From contig JBDOQK010000003.1 in NCBI GenBank assembly GCA_040437565.1, forward strand, positions 806,001 through 870,000: a stretch of 64,000 bases of DNA, given 5' to 3'. This stretch comes from Albugo candida. Taxonomy: Eukaryota. Made by a program: the position numbers and the translations under genes. Below the pieces are notes generated by a model, which was given only the letters and a program-made list of their open reading frames with translations, did no database searches and was not told the DNA's origin. Positions 62,001 to 64,000 of the stretch are shown piece by piece. How positions within the stretch are numbered: position 1 is the first letter of the stretch; the number at the start of each line of letters is the position of its first letter.

Positions 62001-62903
62001 AATGTGTCGTATGAATCCAAATGCAATGATCTCGTGCTTACTATTCGACCCCACGCATATGGAGCAGCATTGTTACCGAATGGAACCATCAGAATTGAAC
62101 GAAACTTCCATGTGCATCAATTCAGTCGGCCCACATTCGGATTCCAGCTTGTGTTCAAGGAAGACTCAACGACCGATCAGGAGAGTATCGCTGTAGTAGA
62201 AAGAATAAAGCTGGCTGCGTGTGATCCATTCATAGTTGGCTTTGATGCTTTTTTAAGGCTGAAAGATGAAGTGGCAGCGCCATCGGCATCAGTCTTCCGT
62301 GTCATGTGGCAAGGGTGCGTCCATTGTCGGTTGATTCGATTTCTTTGCTCATGAAAATTGAATTGTAGCGCGGACGATCGATTTGCGTTTTCTGTTGTTT
62401 CCACAGCCTTAGAATCGACATCATCGCTCTCGTTTGCTCAGACGCTGATCAACGACTGTAAGGCTTGTGTGCACATCCTTCCCGATCTCTTGATCGACTC
62501 GGCTTCTCATATTCACGTACTTTTTCTTCATCTGTTTTCCTTTGTCTTTAGACGTAATCGTTGTGTGTAGATCGCATACATTGCTCAAACGCAATGGAAA
62601 TCACGTATTCTTGGATCCCTTGTGCTGACAGCACGAAAGAATGCGACGAAAAATAGCGTTATAGAATGGATTGGGTCACTCGAAGTTCGTAGCTCTAAAT
62701 CGGTGATTTTCGAGCTACAGAGTGCTCCTGAAGCCTGCCTGCGAATTTTCGTATCGAATCATGTACGACTGGACCAACCGCAGGCTCACGCAGCCGAACC
62801 GTTTGAGACACTTGTGCATGAGAATGTGCTCAAATCGAGACCACAGCCTCACAAAAAGGTCGACGAGGAAATGCTAGAGGACATGTCGACTGCTGTGCCG
62901 TAG
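59099..62903 (+). CDS. Large adaptor-complex subunit, TPLATE (TSET)/beta-COP-like; multi-exon
   Basis: N-terminal HEAT-like region (LKAIGFQL..TWNIVMEALITEL..DILP) and appendage SGSNDPLSIAVSY..RITLIVSACNCT, resembling the TPLATE TGSSDP..RVTLHLKIINLT pattern. Confidence 0.55.
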
Positions 62904-62965
62904 GTCAAAGCATTGAAATCCCGGAAAGTGAAGCAATAGTATATGGAAATTGTACTTTGACTGCA

Positions 62966-64000
62966 TTAAGAACTGATCACACTTTCCTGTTCCTCTTTCA
63001 CTGCAGCGTTCTCGCTATCGTCAGTCCCTTCTTGTTCCATGTCTGCGAGCGCTGGCTCTTCAAAAAGCGTATCACGCAAGCTCTGTTCTATCTTCTTTGC
63101 AATATCTTCATGTAATTCCAAAAAGGCTTTGGCTTTTGCTCGGCCTTGACCCATGGGAGCTATTCAGTGCGCTCACCTCAGGTTTGTGAAATGAAGTTTA
63201 TAGCAAGAGAACCTTACCTTCATTTTCGACAAGAGAGTACCAGGCTCCCGACCGATTTATTAATCCGTGTTGTGTCCCCAAATCCAGCTACAAAGTATGC
63301 CTCAGACTCTCAGATCTCAATATATACGCTGACATCTCACCAATTCTGACATTCGATCGATTCCTTTACCGTAAATCATATCAAAACGAGCAATTTTGAA
63401 TGGTGAAGCGAGCTTGTTTTTGGCAACCTTGACGACCGTCTCATTCCCAATGATAGCATCCCCTTGCTTTATTTGTGTCTGACGGCGAATATCCAGTCGA
63501 ACAGAGGCGTAATATCGCAAGGCTGTGCCACCGGATGTGACTTCCGGCGAGCCAAAAATGACGCCAACTTTTTGACGTATCTGATTGAGGAAAATAAGAG
63601 TACAATGTGATTTCGATAAGGAGCCGGTGAGTTTACGAAGAGCCTGACTCATAAGTCTCGCTTGCAATGCGATTTGTTGGTCACCCATTTCTCCTTCTAA
63701 TTCTGCACGTGGAACTAGTGCAGCAACACTGTCCAACACGACCAAATCCACTGCACCAGAGCGTATTAATGTATCTGTAATTTCAAGTGCTTGTTCACCA
63801 GAGTCAGGTTGTGACACATACAAATCTTCAATATTGACGCCTAATGCTTTGGCGTAATGTGCGTCAATTGCATGTTCGGCATCGATGAAAGCGCAGACGG
63901 CTTCATCCTACAGCATTTGATCAATCATATGGAAAAACGCTGTGAGCGGAAAAATCGTGTAACCTTTTTTTGAGCCTGAGCGATGCAGCTGAGCGCTAAC
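62966..64000 (-). CDS. recA: Bacterial-type RecA (probably mitochondrial), intron-containing, 5'-truncated at the window edge
   Basis: [95 protein letters not shown]; introns visible near 63330, 63215 and 63910. Confidence 0.95.

Overview
Gene-dense eukaryotic scaffold segment: GC in the mid-40% range by eye, many 30-70 nt GT-AG introns, intergenic spacers often under 100 bp, and six 100-N assembly gaps whose flanks are duplicated. Gene content (BBS4, p25alpha protein, Glu-type PTPS, GH5 glucanase, intron-containing bacterial-type RecA, TPLATE-like subunit) and compactness point to an oomycete, plausibly an Albugo-like biotroph (inference). About 26 protein genes are supported: MDN1 (a >15 kb ORF missing from the ORF track because it runs off the window), PWP1, UPF1, an F-box/CDK-like/cyclin fusion, FKBP-TPR, Tudor-SN, GH5, BBS4, endonuclease V, a tweety-like protein, a p25alpha protein, an RNASEK-like protein, a DDX59-like helicase, a stand-alone NPC1 N-terminal-domain protein, LicD, a USP47-like protease, a Dsc3-like protein, a BED-finger/PTPS-III fusion, DBP2, COX6A, CDO, a TMEM181-like/lipase fusion, a TPLATE-like protein and RecA. 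The three most notable observations: (1) a 551-nt DBP2 intron that can fold into a long nested stem burying its own 5' splice site, a candidate helicase-sensing autoregulatory RNA switch; (2) a single-chain F-box + degenerate CDK + cyclin protein; (3) an NLS/BED zinc finger fused to a folate-pathway PTPS-III enzyme. No tRNA, rRNA, CRISPR array or intact mobile element was seen. Exon boundaries and base pairings were read by eye and are approximate.
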